Part shown: positions 1 through 12,000 of the stretch, piece by piece | Layout of the letters: the number at the start of each line of letters is the position of its first letter | Position numbering within the stretch: the first letter of the stretch is position 1 | Origin: Lepidodermella squamata | Lineage: Eukaryota > Animalia > Gastrotricha | Assembly (NCBI GenBank): GCA_047495785.1 | Contig: JBLDXI010000019.1 | Span: forward strand, 992,001-1,056,000 | DNA: 64,000 nt | Reading direction: 5' to 3' | Notes under the pieces: generated by a model | The model's input: the letters and a program-made list of their open reading frames with translations, nothing else | Told to the model about the DNA's origin: nothing | Databases searched by the model: none | Made by a program: the position numbers and the translations under genes

Positions 1-3000
1 ACAGCTGAAATATTTGCATCCTGTCGGCACTGACCGAGACGAACTGAAATCCCCGACTACTCATATATTTATAATATAACCAGAAGCGCATGCAATTAAG
101 CGTTAAACCATGCGATGTATTCATAACACATGCGGGGTAGTCGGAGTTCTTACTTTGTCTCCTTTGATTTAGGTTGCAACAAGTGAATAGGCCTATGAAG
201 CCAGCATAAAATTTGGCAAAAAAAAATAATTTTTACAAAATATAACTTTAGTTAAATTGGATTTTGTTATCGAAGTCATACCGTAGTGAAGGTAAGAGTT
301 GCCTGAGTATAGGCTCCAGATAGCAATCGAGCGCCTCCAATTGTTCGTGGAATTCTTCTTCGATTTGTTCGATTTCACGCTGTCGCTCAGCTTCATCCGC
401 ATCTCCATCCTCGGCGATAACATCCCCGAGATCTTCAGGCACTCTCGGTAAAGCCACCTCAGTACATGCTGCCTCATGGGGCTGGCTAGGTGGTTTTGAG
501 CCATCACCGCCCGTAGCACTCATTTTCTGGCGCTTCATCACAACATCAGCCTGAGAAAAAATAAAGAAAATGGCATTTTTTTTCGTGAAATTATCACCGC
601 AAACAACTTTCAAGTTAAAAAAATATGAGAAGTAAAAAATATTTAAAAAATGATCAAAATCGTAAAATATTTAAATTTCGATTAAACTTCGGATTTCAAT
701 CGTTAAATTTTCGAATTTTTATAATTTTAAATTCAAATAATTTTTATCAATTTTCTCAAATTAATTTTTAAATTTCTGAAAAATAATCTTTTAGGTGATC
801 TCGAAGTAAGGTAAGAAATAACTGAATTTACCTGGTATCGATGTTTTAGGCTGATCTGGCCGACTTTGGAATCGGCAGACCGCCATCCGCCCAGCAGTAG
901 GTCAAATTGACTGGAACCGAGCTCCAACCTCGCAACCCTAGCGCTCGACGCCTGTTGCGCCGCTGCCGCCTGAGCAGCAGCCGCCGCAGCCGCGCCAGGC
1001 GCCTGGTTCTTCTTACCCGCCCCGGCTGCTTCTTTCGGCGGTTTGCCACTCTGCCGCTCGGGAATGGCCGCGTACAAATACCGGTGATCGGGCGAGTGTT
1101 GCAGGATTAAAAACGTGAAATTCGGCGGGAAATCTTTCATAATTTCCTGCTGATTCTGCGACAGCACCAGGCGCCGCCAAGCCATTGACTTCTGCTCCAG
1201 CAATTTGATTACATTCCGATACAGCGGGGATGACATTAAATTTGTCTCAACGGAATATTTCTCAAAATTTTTCAGTTGATTCAAGAGAGACGCCTGAAGA
1301 GAGGCGTTTGTATCAGGTTGGGACAGCCATACTAAATCGTCCAGATACAACGACGCTGAGCAGTTTTGATGTACCATCAAGTAATAAGCGCTCATCGACG
1401 GTTCCATTTGACCGAACAACTCGACCAGTTGGATCGATGCGGCTGCACAAACTTTCCGATTGCCGATTTTTAGGGACAGGGTAACCGCTTGCTGTAAAAA
1501 TTCGCAGGCTTGAGCGAGGTAGCGCTTTGAACGATCCAATGCTTTTGCGTTTTCTGACAACATTACTTCAAGGTTGTGAACGTCCATGGCCGTTAGTTGC
1601 CGCTGTTCCCCATCCGCATCGACTATATCGACTTCAGGCGGCGGTGGGGGTGGTTGATCTGATGTCAAAGCCAATGTTGTAGAAGTGAGCTGTTCGGATA
1701 GCGTTATTGTGCCCCGAGTCGTTCCTGGTTCTAAAGTAGGTACTTGAGGTGGGGTAGCAGCTGCTGTTTGCCGAGACAGCGGTCGCGGCGATTCGCCCTC
1801 TGGAGCGGAGGCGGGTTTGGCGACGGGTACTTGGTTATCGATTACAATACCGCGCTGCGTCACTTCCCACTGAATAGGCGGATCTGGTGAGCAAATCTGA
1901 GCCGATAACAGCGATAATTTGCCGAGTAAACCAAGAACTTCTGCTTTCATGTTCGCAGTATGTGTCGAGAAATGGAATGCAGTTTTCAGCCATGCGAATA
2001 TGCTGTTTGGAAATGAGCTGCGAAAATAATAAGTTTCGTCTTAAAGATGGTATTTTTTTCTTTAGTTTCATGCCCCCATGTTTCAGGGGGTGAGCCGAAT
2101 CCCGGAGGTACTGCAATACCGGGCCGACTCGTGGACGGGGTCCAGCAAGCTGGCTGCTCCCGCCCGGCTAGCCAAAAATAGGGCTAATATCGTAGGCCCC
2201 ACATGGAGGCCGTTGTAGATATTAAACTACAAAGAACAGATACTACACTTTGATCATAGCCAAAAAGGCCGAGAAGCGATACTTTTTTTTGTAAAAATTT
2301 TTTGCCGGGGTCTTGGACTGCGCGCACTGCCAGCCGTGTCGCTAATCTGCATATGCACACAGCCGCAAGCTCCGCCCCTCGGCTCACACCTCGGCACATA
2401 GATAAGCCGATGTAAGTGGCGAGTGGCGGTAACACGCGGTATACGATTACGCGCGCGCTTCACACCTAATCGAATTAAGTAGTACTTAATCAAAACTTTC
2501 GTTACGCTGCAAAAGCTAACGTCAGCTTTCAGCCAAAAAGCTAGCAATGATGGTAGTTTTTTTTCAAAAACTATCTCTTCTATTAAACAGATTACATAGC
2601 TGAAGCCGAGAAAGCTTTTTCAATTTTCTTGATACCTAACTGGTCACGCGAAAGCTGCCTGGCCTCGATAGTTTATTACAGATGCAGTTAGTTTTTCCGA
2701 AATAAATAATTAAAAAAAAATAGAATAAAACATAGCTGCCCCCTGTGAGGATCGAACTCACGACCTCCAGATTATGAGACTGGCGCTCTAGCCAACTGAG
2801 CCAAGGAGGCTGCTCATTTCCATTTCCAGTAGTAATAACATAGGGAGGTATGAGGGAGTCCCAAACCAACATTTCAGTCGCCTTGCTTATACCATTTCTT
2901 AAAAATCAAGTATTGCTCCAATCACCTTGGGACTTGCACCATTAGAAAGCTCAAAAGATAGACAATTTTATGCATCAAACCCAGATACTTTATCTTTAGG

Positions 3001-6000
3001 CGTTGCGAAGCTATTCGCCTGCAACGCCGACGTGTTCAAAGTTTCCCTGTCCAAAATTTTCCTGCCCTGAATATTATCGAATATAATATTCATTCACAAT
3101 AGCATCGATTGAAATTTCCTTTAAAATAAGCTTCTTACCTTGTCATTTCCTCCCAAGAATGCTGCTCGTCAATCAGTGCTGGCTTCGCTTCAGTGAATGC
3201 CTCGACAGCCTATGATTCGAAGGAATAACAAAATAAAACATCGCGTTTTTAAAAATTTTATAACTATGTATTTTATGAATCTACATGCTGGTATCTAACA
3301 AATTCAGGGCAAGCTCTTTGTAAGGAAACACAAACAGAATTAGGTAGACTTTCTAGAACTGATAAGGGGCTATATTTTAATGGTTTTTTATTTATTATAA
3401 TTATTTTGAGCCTGAAAACGAAATAGGAAGCAAGCGAAAGACAGACACAGGCGCTACCATACCTTTGCTCTGAGCTAAAATAAATTAGCCACAATCAGAT
3501 GATGAAATTCAGAAGAGAAATAAATTAGATGAAACAACACAAGAAATGTTACAAGTGACCGAAAGATGCGAGGAAGATTATGGAAGGCTAGAAATATTTC
3601 AATTATTTTGTCAACTCACCCGAAGAACTGCTGTTTTTCTTTCCTCCTCACATCGAACGTGACGAATTTCATCGACGCGAATTTCAAACAATCGAACGGC
3701 AGTTTGGCTCGCAAGAATACGAGCTTGCACCACAATGCGCTGCGACATGATACTAGCCGAGGTGGGCTGCAGAAACCCGCCCTCTGGCATCACGCTCACC
3801 GTCTCAGCCAGCCATTCATCCGCCCATTGAACGAGCATTTGCGCACTGCTCAGCGCCTTGCAAAGCATCGAGTACCGCAACGCCCGGTTAGGAAGGCCAG
3901 CGAAATTGCGATACGATACAAGGCAGTCGGATAGCCACATTAAGGCGGTCATGCGGAGCTGTAAAGCCTCAATACACTCAAATCGATAGCCGGCCTTTCG
4001 TAACTTGATCGCACAATCCATGAGACGCTAAAAATAAATAATAAATTAGAGTAAGTCAAGAGTGGGAATCGACGAATTTTCGGAATTTGAAGGAATCAAT
4101 TTTGAAGGCACTATTCGAGACATTGGCAATATTTGCAGTTCGAGACATTGGTTTTTAACCCTTTTCACCGAATTTATTCGATTTCCAAGAGCGGAAATAT
4201 CGAGGGGTGGGCGACAGAACGACTTGCATAGAATAGAAAAAAATGGCGCAAAATTTTTTGCATCTCCGCCAAGTCAGTCGCGTGCCGGATCACTGAAACG
4301 CCAGTTTTTTCTGCGCAAAAATTCATTACGCCATCTGTTTCTATTCTAGACAAGTCGTTCTGTTGCCCAGCTCGCGATATTATGTTCTTTATGAATCCTG
4401 GGATTGTAGTCACCCTACAGGATTTTTCGAAATAGGATGGCAGCAAAACTTACCAATTTCAAATCACGAATTTTCAAAATTCTGCAAATTTTCGATAGTA
4501 ACCTTTGAAGCCCAATGCCTTATAATACCTGATGACTTTGACAATTTTTAGATATTTTTCGTTCATTGGTCTCACAATTACTTTTTTGTGTAATAAATTC
4601 AGTTCAATTTTTTTAAGTTTTCTCACCTCAGAAACTAGAGAAATCTGATCCGTTTGGGCTTGCTGTAAGCGATAGTATGCTTGTTTAGCCAATTCGAAGT
4701 CCAACTCGGCAATTCGCATTTCCAGCTTGCTTTCAATAGCTTCAAGCCACACAGTTTGGTTTTTGCGGGCGTGATGCATCCTAGCGATGCTAGGCTGCAT
4801 GTTTACTAAAAACGCGCGCGCCTTTTCAAGCGATTCTTTCTGCCTAACATCCTCAGCAATCGCGCGACTGTGTAAAATCAAAGCTTTGCACAACGTTTCC
4901 TCATCGATGGCAATATCCAGCGTTTCCATTGCTGGCAGACATTGCAGCACGTCATTGAAACGCCGTTCGCGAAGCGCCAAGGCCGATTTGAGATACTGAA
5001 GTTTCGGCAGGAGGTCATCAGAACCTGCGATATCTTTGATTCCTGTCATAATCATCTCAGCTTCCCAGAGGAACTGCCGCGCGAACTGGTACTCTTCGCG
5101 GGTTATGAATATTTCAGCGGCGTCGACAAGCATTTTCAACATGCTAGGCTGTGAGTCAATTTTTTGCAGGAATAAATTCCGCCTGGCCAATGCTGCTCGC
5201 TGATTCACTGCTGCGGTTGCATCGTGAGCATTTGCATTTTCAGCCGCATTAGCTGCAGCGTGTTCCGACTCTTCCGTAATGCGTAAGCGCCACCTTAAAT
5301 ATTTTTCAGATTAATTTTTCTGTAATATAATCGAGCTATTTATTCTTACTTTGCTTGCTCGGCCAGGATAACTTGAATATCGCCGTAGTACTGGCGTAGG
5401 CGTTCGTGGAACGAGGCAGCCGAACCCAAATTCAGCTGATAGCTGAGCATTTCATATTTAAGGTGGACTAGAGCAAGCTGCGTCTTGTCCACAATAACCG
5501 TACGCGCCAGTATATTCTGAAGACACAATATCGGGAAGCACATGTGCTGCAAATCAAGATTTTTCATTTGCTGCTCCAATTCTTCGAGCCATTTGAAAGT
5601 AAGAGCCTGAAATTTCATAATTCAAAAAACTTTTCAAAAAAAGAAAATTCAACTTACCCCTTGTGTAACTGATTTTGATGTAATAACAGCCTCTGGCGAG
5701 ACTTTTTCACTTTGATTGAAGACATCTATCAGCTCATCCGGTAACTCGAAAGTTGACCATTCATCCAGGGTTGTCGGGAAAAAGTCAATGGCAGCCTTTT
5801 TCTTCGGCTTCTCCATTTGCGGCATGTCCTGAAGAATTAAAAAATTGAGAAATTTCATTAAGGAATTAATTTTAGCTTACATCTTTGCCGCGTTTATCCG
5901 GTTTTGGGCTTTTACTGCCTTTTTCTTTCTCCTCCGCAGCTTTAGCCTTGGCGTTATCTTTCGCTACTTGAACCGAGGATTCGATGAGAACTTTGATAAG

Positions 6001-9000
6001 TCGGCAAACAATGGCCTGAGCCGAGATGGCGTATTCGAGGTTTTCATTGTCTTGCCCACCCCCTCGCTGAGTAACGACCGCCATGACAGTATGAGCCCGA
6101 ATGAGGACTTCAAGCAGGCGGACATTAGATATATCAGTCAATTGGAGCTCTTCCGTTGGCTTTCTCGGAATTTCCTCGCATTTTTCTTCGTCCTTCTTCT
6201 TCGCCTTAGGCTTGGCCTTACCCTTCGCTGAAAAATAGAGACATCTCGATTTGAATCTCTCAACAAAAATTAGCGTAACAAATTAATGGAGAAAGTAAAA
6301 TAAAATGACAGACAAAATTAAAGGTTCACATAAAACTTTACCATTAGGAGGGTATTCGTTATGTGAGCTTATTTCAGTATCTTATAATACACAAATATTG
6401 ATTCCGTGAAATATCATGCCTTTCTGTGAAGTTGGAGGCTATGGTAAAATGTTAGTATACCTTGGGAAGTTCGCATGTTCGCAACCGTCGGCTTTTCAAT
6501 CGCACTCCGCATTACCAGGTCGACAGCAGCTCGAAGGTGAAGAAGAATAACATCAACTGGTCGATCGTGAAAATGTAGTAGCTGTGCTGCTTCAATGTAT
6601 AATTCGGCTTTGATCCAATTATGAACGGGATTCTATATTACAGATTTTGAATTATGAATTATCATCCAAAAACGGGCTATTTTGTTTCTACCTGTAGGGT
6701 TTCAATTGCATTTTGATAGCAGATGAATTGATCCTCGGCGTTGATTGACGATAGCGCAACTTTTTTCCACATTTCGGCGACTTGCTCTTCACTCTCAGCC
6801 TGCGTTGAAACAAATGTCAGGGGTTAACATATAATTTATTTATCAGAACGGCAAGGCTAGGAATTCTTAGGATAAGAACTAGAACGTTATCTGACTGGAC
6901 AAGATCAGTAATAGGTATTCAATTTATCTAAATAGTTTTTCAAATTCAAAACCATGCGAACCAGGCGAGAAGGCTGAAAAATAATGAATCAAACAGGCAA
7001 AATAAGATCAAAATAATTTCAAGCTAAATCTCATCAATCGGCGCAACATTCTAGGTTCAAACATCGAGTTACCTGGTCCGATTTCCCTAGGAAAGCGAGC
7101 TACACAACGCATTCCAATTAGTACCATTATTTTTTGCAAAGTTATTCAAAAAATTTCAATTCGAGCTACACACCTTGAATCGATGAATATCCATCATAAT
7201 CATCTTGACAGAAACTCCGAGCCGAGCTTTCGTCATTATTCGGTGCTTGAAGAGCAGCAGGCGATGTTTAGTTCTCGGAAGCTCAGCTAAAGCCTTATCC
7301 AGCACTTTTAGACACTCCTCATACAGACCCTGTGAAGAAACATATATTTCACTTTAGAATAGCACAATTTTTCATAAGAGAAAGATTACCTCGTCAAGAT
7401 AGGATTGAAAAAGTAGGGCATAGAGAGACACTCGAATCGTTAGGTCATCAGGCCCATCGATTTGAGGCAAGGCATCACGAACCGAAACAGCAGCAGTGGC
7501 CGCAGCCCGACTGCTAGCATCGTCATCATCAACCTCAGCGTCTTCATCTTGTCGCTTCTAAAAATTAAAAAAAAATTCATATGATATGGGTCAGAAAAAT
7601 AGTTGGTTTGAATGTTCATGCAATTTTCCATGCTGGGTGACAACAGCTTTACGATTTTTAATACCTTTTTCGGTCTAGTTTTACTTAGCATTAAGTTCAA
7701 ATCCTGAATTTGCACCGATTATTCACATCAGTTTTACAGTGAATTTTATACCAACTCACATAGGCTAGATCCGCTTGCTTACAAGCCGCCTTAATATGCC
7801 CGACTAATTCCATGATATAGCTGCGAAGGGATTTACGCCCAGCCGCTGTTCGGAACAAAATGATGGCGTTATTCCAGAACTGCCTCATGGCTGTCATAGC
7901 TGTGTTTGAATCCAACGCGATTGCCGCGAATTTCGCAGCTTGGCAAAACGATTTCGCGGCTTGAAGGCGAATTTGCGTTAAAACACCCTCGCTTCGAATC
8001 AACGAGTCGCCGTAGACCAACGCAGCCTGGCATCGCAAATTCGCCTCGGCAATGGCCAGCGGTGATTTCGGGGTGGTTTTCACCGGTGGGGTGTTGAGTG
8101 CTATCTGGGACAATCTAACTGCGGTAGCGTGATCTGCTACTGGCTGTTGATTTGTGCCGGCAATTGAGGGGATCGTGCAGAATCTCGCTAGTTGCGTGTA
8201 GATTTCAAGCCTGACAATCGGATCGTTCCATTCACAGGCTTCAACCATTTGAATTGCTTTTGGCAGGGTAATGGCGTCTTTAAAGGCAGCGGGTGCGGAT
8301 TGGAACGAGAAAATTCGCAAGACCTCAACGGCACAAATCGCGCGGGACTGGCGTTGATAAGTGTGACACGGGTGACTTTCAGGCAAATCCCGATCTGGAA
8401 GCAAGGTTTTAGCCAGTGGTTGCTGTAACATTTGTTTCGCATTTATCCAAGTTCGAATTAAAGGTAACCGGCCGCCAATTGAGATGACGTCGGCCGGTAG
8501 ATGGCCGTCGGTTAACGTAAGGCCGAATTCGAGAACTTCAAGGGCTTTTTTCAAATCAGCCACAGCTTCGGGTGACAAAGCTGCGTCTCCCGCTTTTCCA
8601 GGTGGAGGTTTTGGGGCTGATTTTTCCGGCTCCTGCTTTTTACCACCCTTGCCACCAGCTTGCTGCTGTTGTTGTTGCTGCTGCTGCTGTTGCTGTTGTT
8701 CCCTGAATAATGTGAGAAGTCAAATTAGCGGCTTTTGTGGCTTCAAACTACAAGCAACACGAGCTAATGAAAGGGCAAAGGTTAGCGAAGCAAACATGAA
8801 AACGTCTTGCGTATGAAGAGTTACCGATTTTATCCCATTTCTTAGAATAATGCCTACGGCTGTCTTATAGGCTATGCTAGTTCCATTCTATCATTCTATT
8901 AGACAGAATTTATGGTTGATTATAATTTCCACGGACTCTCAGACCATAAGATCTAAAATTGCCCGTACACGGAAATTCTGTACGCGTACAGAATTTCTGA

Positions 9001-12000
9001 CTATTATCACCCTCTACTTTTATGATGGTCATAACTAACTAGCAAATTTCTGTTATTTGCGGGTAAGATTGGTAATTCTTCATGCGTTATTAACATCAAA
9101 GGCTAGTAACAAGGCGGCTAAACATGGTATATAAAAGCAAGGAAGCTCATACCGGGTACCCTTCAAGGGCTTTCCTTTCGCACTTCAGGAAAAATCAAGC
9201 AAAGAAGAAGAAAAATAAAACCAGATGTGAATGAAATTGAGAAAAAGTTGCATGAAATCGGTGAAAGTTTAAACATGGGCTTTGGCGCATTTCGATTTGG
9301 GGACGTAATTATTGTAGGTTTTTGAACGAAATCGAATAATACTCCGAAAACGAAGAATTTCGAACAAATATGTCGAATACACATCGCCAAATCCCATGTT
9401 CATTTTTCGCCGTTCATTTGGCTTCAAGCTTTTTCTTAGATGATCCACTTACGTCGGCTCGCTTACAGGAACCTGGTCCTGTTCCGGTTCAACGAGCGTA
9501 GGAGGCTTCGGTGGAGGCGTCCATGTTTGCATATAAGCTGTGGCGATAGCTAAACACAAATCCACCACCAAACCTGTCGATCTCTCATGACCAAGCGACC
9601 GCAAGTAACCGAGCGCTGTCTCTAATTTCGCTACAATTTGACGATGGGTATTAGTCGCAATTAAATGAGTCGAGTAATTCCACAGGCAGACAGCGGCGTT
9701 AACAGCCAAAACTGGTTCGCTGAGACTTTTCGCATGCTCGCCCGATCTCAAAAAGCAGGCAACGGCTTCATCTGAAATTCCACCCAGCCATTTTTGGTAC
9801 TCAATCCAGTCAGGATCTTGAATTGGCAAGCCCTCTGGGCAAAATTTCACGTGCTTCTTAATCATGTCGTCGGTCAGAACAGGTGGTTGGTACAATTCTA
9901 CACTGTGGCACTTGGAAAGCTGAACCAGAGCCTCGCCGAGAATCTGCCGAACTTCACCGAGCATCCGCAGTAATTCGCGATTACTAAACGCTGAAATTTC
10001 TTCCTTACTCGGGAAGGCAGGGTGCTCGTCTAAAACTTCATCGCCAGTGGTTTGAACTTCAATTGTTGGAACCGCAGGAGGTTCATCGGAAATCGCGTTA
10101 GGTGCCATTGATACAGCAGGTCCGAGAGATTGCTTAGTTGGCTGGGGCGCCTTTGGCTTGGATTTTTTCGAAGATGGTGCCGCTACAGATATTCTATCAT
10201 CGTCGTAAATTAGCGCAAATCGAGCCGCAGCTCGGCAAACGTCCCAAACTTCGTGTTTTCTCGACGCTTTACATAAATCTACCCAAAGCCGCAATCGCTC
10301 CGCAAAATTCTCCGCATTAACCTGTTTCCCGCCGTAAGCTCGAATTTTCATAAGCGAACCCTGATAACTTCGAGCTGTGGAACCTCGAACTCGAATGGGC
10401 GAAGCGGTTTCAGTGCCTGAAGTGCCCTCACTTTTAACGTTCATCGCCTCGGATTCGATTCCGACCACCATGACGAAATCTTCCGGCGCCAGAATATTAC
10501 CAACTTGAACAAGCAGAGTTCGCCTATCGTCGTAACTTAGAGCCGAGTCGCTGACTGATTTGCACTGTTCTAAAATCATGGTAGCCTTGTCTTCGATGCG
10601 ATCTGGCTGGTGATACAGTTCGGTTTTAAGCCTCAAACGGGTGATCGAAGCTTGGAGCCAGGTAGCATGCATTCCACCTGATGCCTCGTCCATCAGTAAT
10701 GCTCTTTCTAATCGCTCTAAAGCAGTTGCATTTTGTTCCACATCCTCTTCGCATTTCGCAACCATAGCTTCGATTTGAGCCATGACCCGCAACTCTAAAC
10801 TTCCTATAGAGGTCATAGCTTCAATAGCGGCAACTAAAGGCCGGCGAACGATTGAGTAAAATGGATGCTGGCATAGAGGTAGGCATAAATTCCAGAGAAT
10901 ACATGCACCAGCTTCGACTGTAGCGGATTCAACGTTTGGTGAGCGTTGAGCAGCGGCTAGTGCCTCAACACATTGTCTAATAGCTTCGCTTCGGGTCTAG
11001 GAAATGAGAGAATTTAAAATTCATAATTCACACATTGCGCCGAACATACATCAACAGCTGTTTTGCTGTATGAAAGTTGCTTGTCGCCCAAAGATTTGAC
11101 TTTGTATTCACATTCAATAAAAGACATTTTGACGGACATGTCAGCATTCTTAAAAGAAAAAAATATATTGTTTTCAACAACATAGCAATGCTTGAGATCA
11201 TAATACTTACCGAAATTCCAAGATCCTTCGAAAGATCAATGGCCTCTTTAACATATTCCAAATACCCGTAATCCAAGCATATCCGACAGAACTCCAGAAG
11301 AAGCATCACCCTGAAATTGAAAATTAATTAATTTCTGTTATCCCATAGCTGTAAACAAGCAGTGTTAATTTGGCACGAAGCATCTATAAGCGTGCATTAC
11401 AACCCGGTGTGAATACTAGTTAATACGGGCTTTTCATAACTATGAAATACCGCTGATCTTGGGCAGAATCAGCTTCGGTCAAAGGAAGCTTCTGTGGCTC
11501 CTTATCCTTTGAATCTTTACCACCTGGGTGTCTCCTTTTTCGAGAACAGAAATTGATTTCCACAAGAAGCGGTAAATTTCTTACTTGACATCTCTTTGCA
11601 TTTCTGCTTTGGATACGGGTTCTTGTGGTATTGGAAAACTTGGAGGATTGTATATTTTTTGCTGGAACAGTGACAGGGCGATTCGGGCAACTTCTTCATG
11701 AGCATGGTACACCTCAGGTAAAACGGGCTCCGCAACAGGCGCTGGTGCCGGAGCAGTCTCTTGCGGTCCGCTTGTGCCATCCGGAGGTTTTTCAGAGTTT
11801 GCAGGAGGTTCGACTGGTTTAGGTTTCGGTGCTGGTTTTTCGTGCTTTTCTTGAGGTGAGTCATGATAGCTAGGAAAGATCATGAGATAATCATTTCAAT
11901 AATTAACATTAAATGATTTTATCATCCAACTAACTGTTTTAGCCGACATAGGCCGTAAACAAGCGCAAGTGATTGGCTGGTCTTCATCTCTCGCCCGAAC

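Noticed and set aside
86-109. Minus-strand GGTTTAACGCTTAATTGCATG resembles spliced-leader ends
   Set aside because: It is not followed by a GT donor or an Sm site. No SL RNA gene was identified in the window.
2587-2616. Partial resemblance to the U2 5' end (TTCTCGGC...GCTATG...ATCTGT)
   Set aside because: Short and gapped, with no branch-recognition sequence or Sm site; cannot be distinguished from chance.
7073-7086. Possible 14-nt micro-exon with good splice sites in CFAP46
   Set aside because: It would shift the reading frame; at most a poison exon, and there is no further support.
8484-8816. Poly-Cys ORF on the + strand
   Set aside because: Antisense shadow of the CFAP46 polyQ (CAG/CAA) tract.
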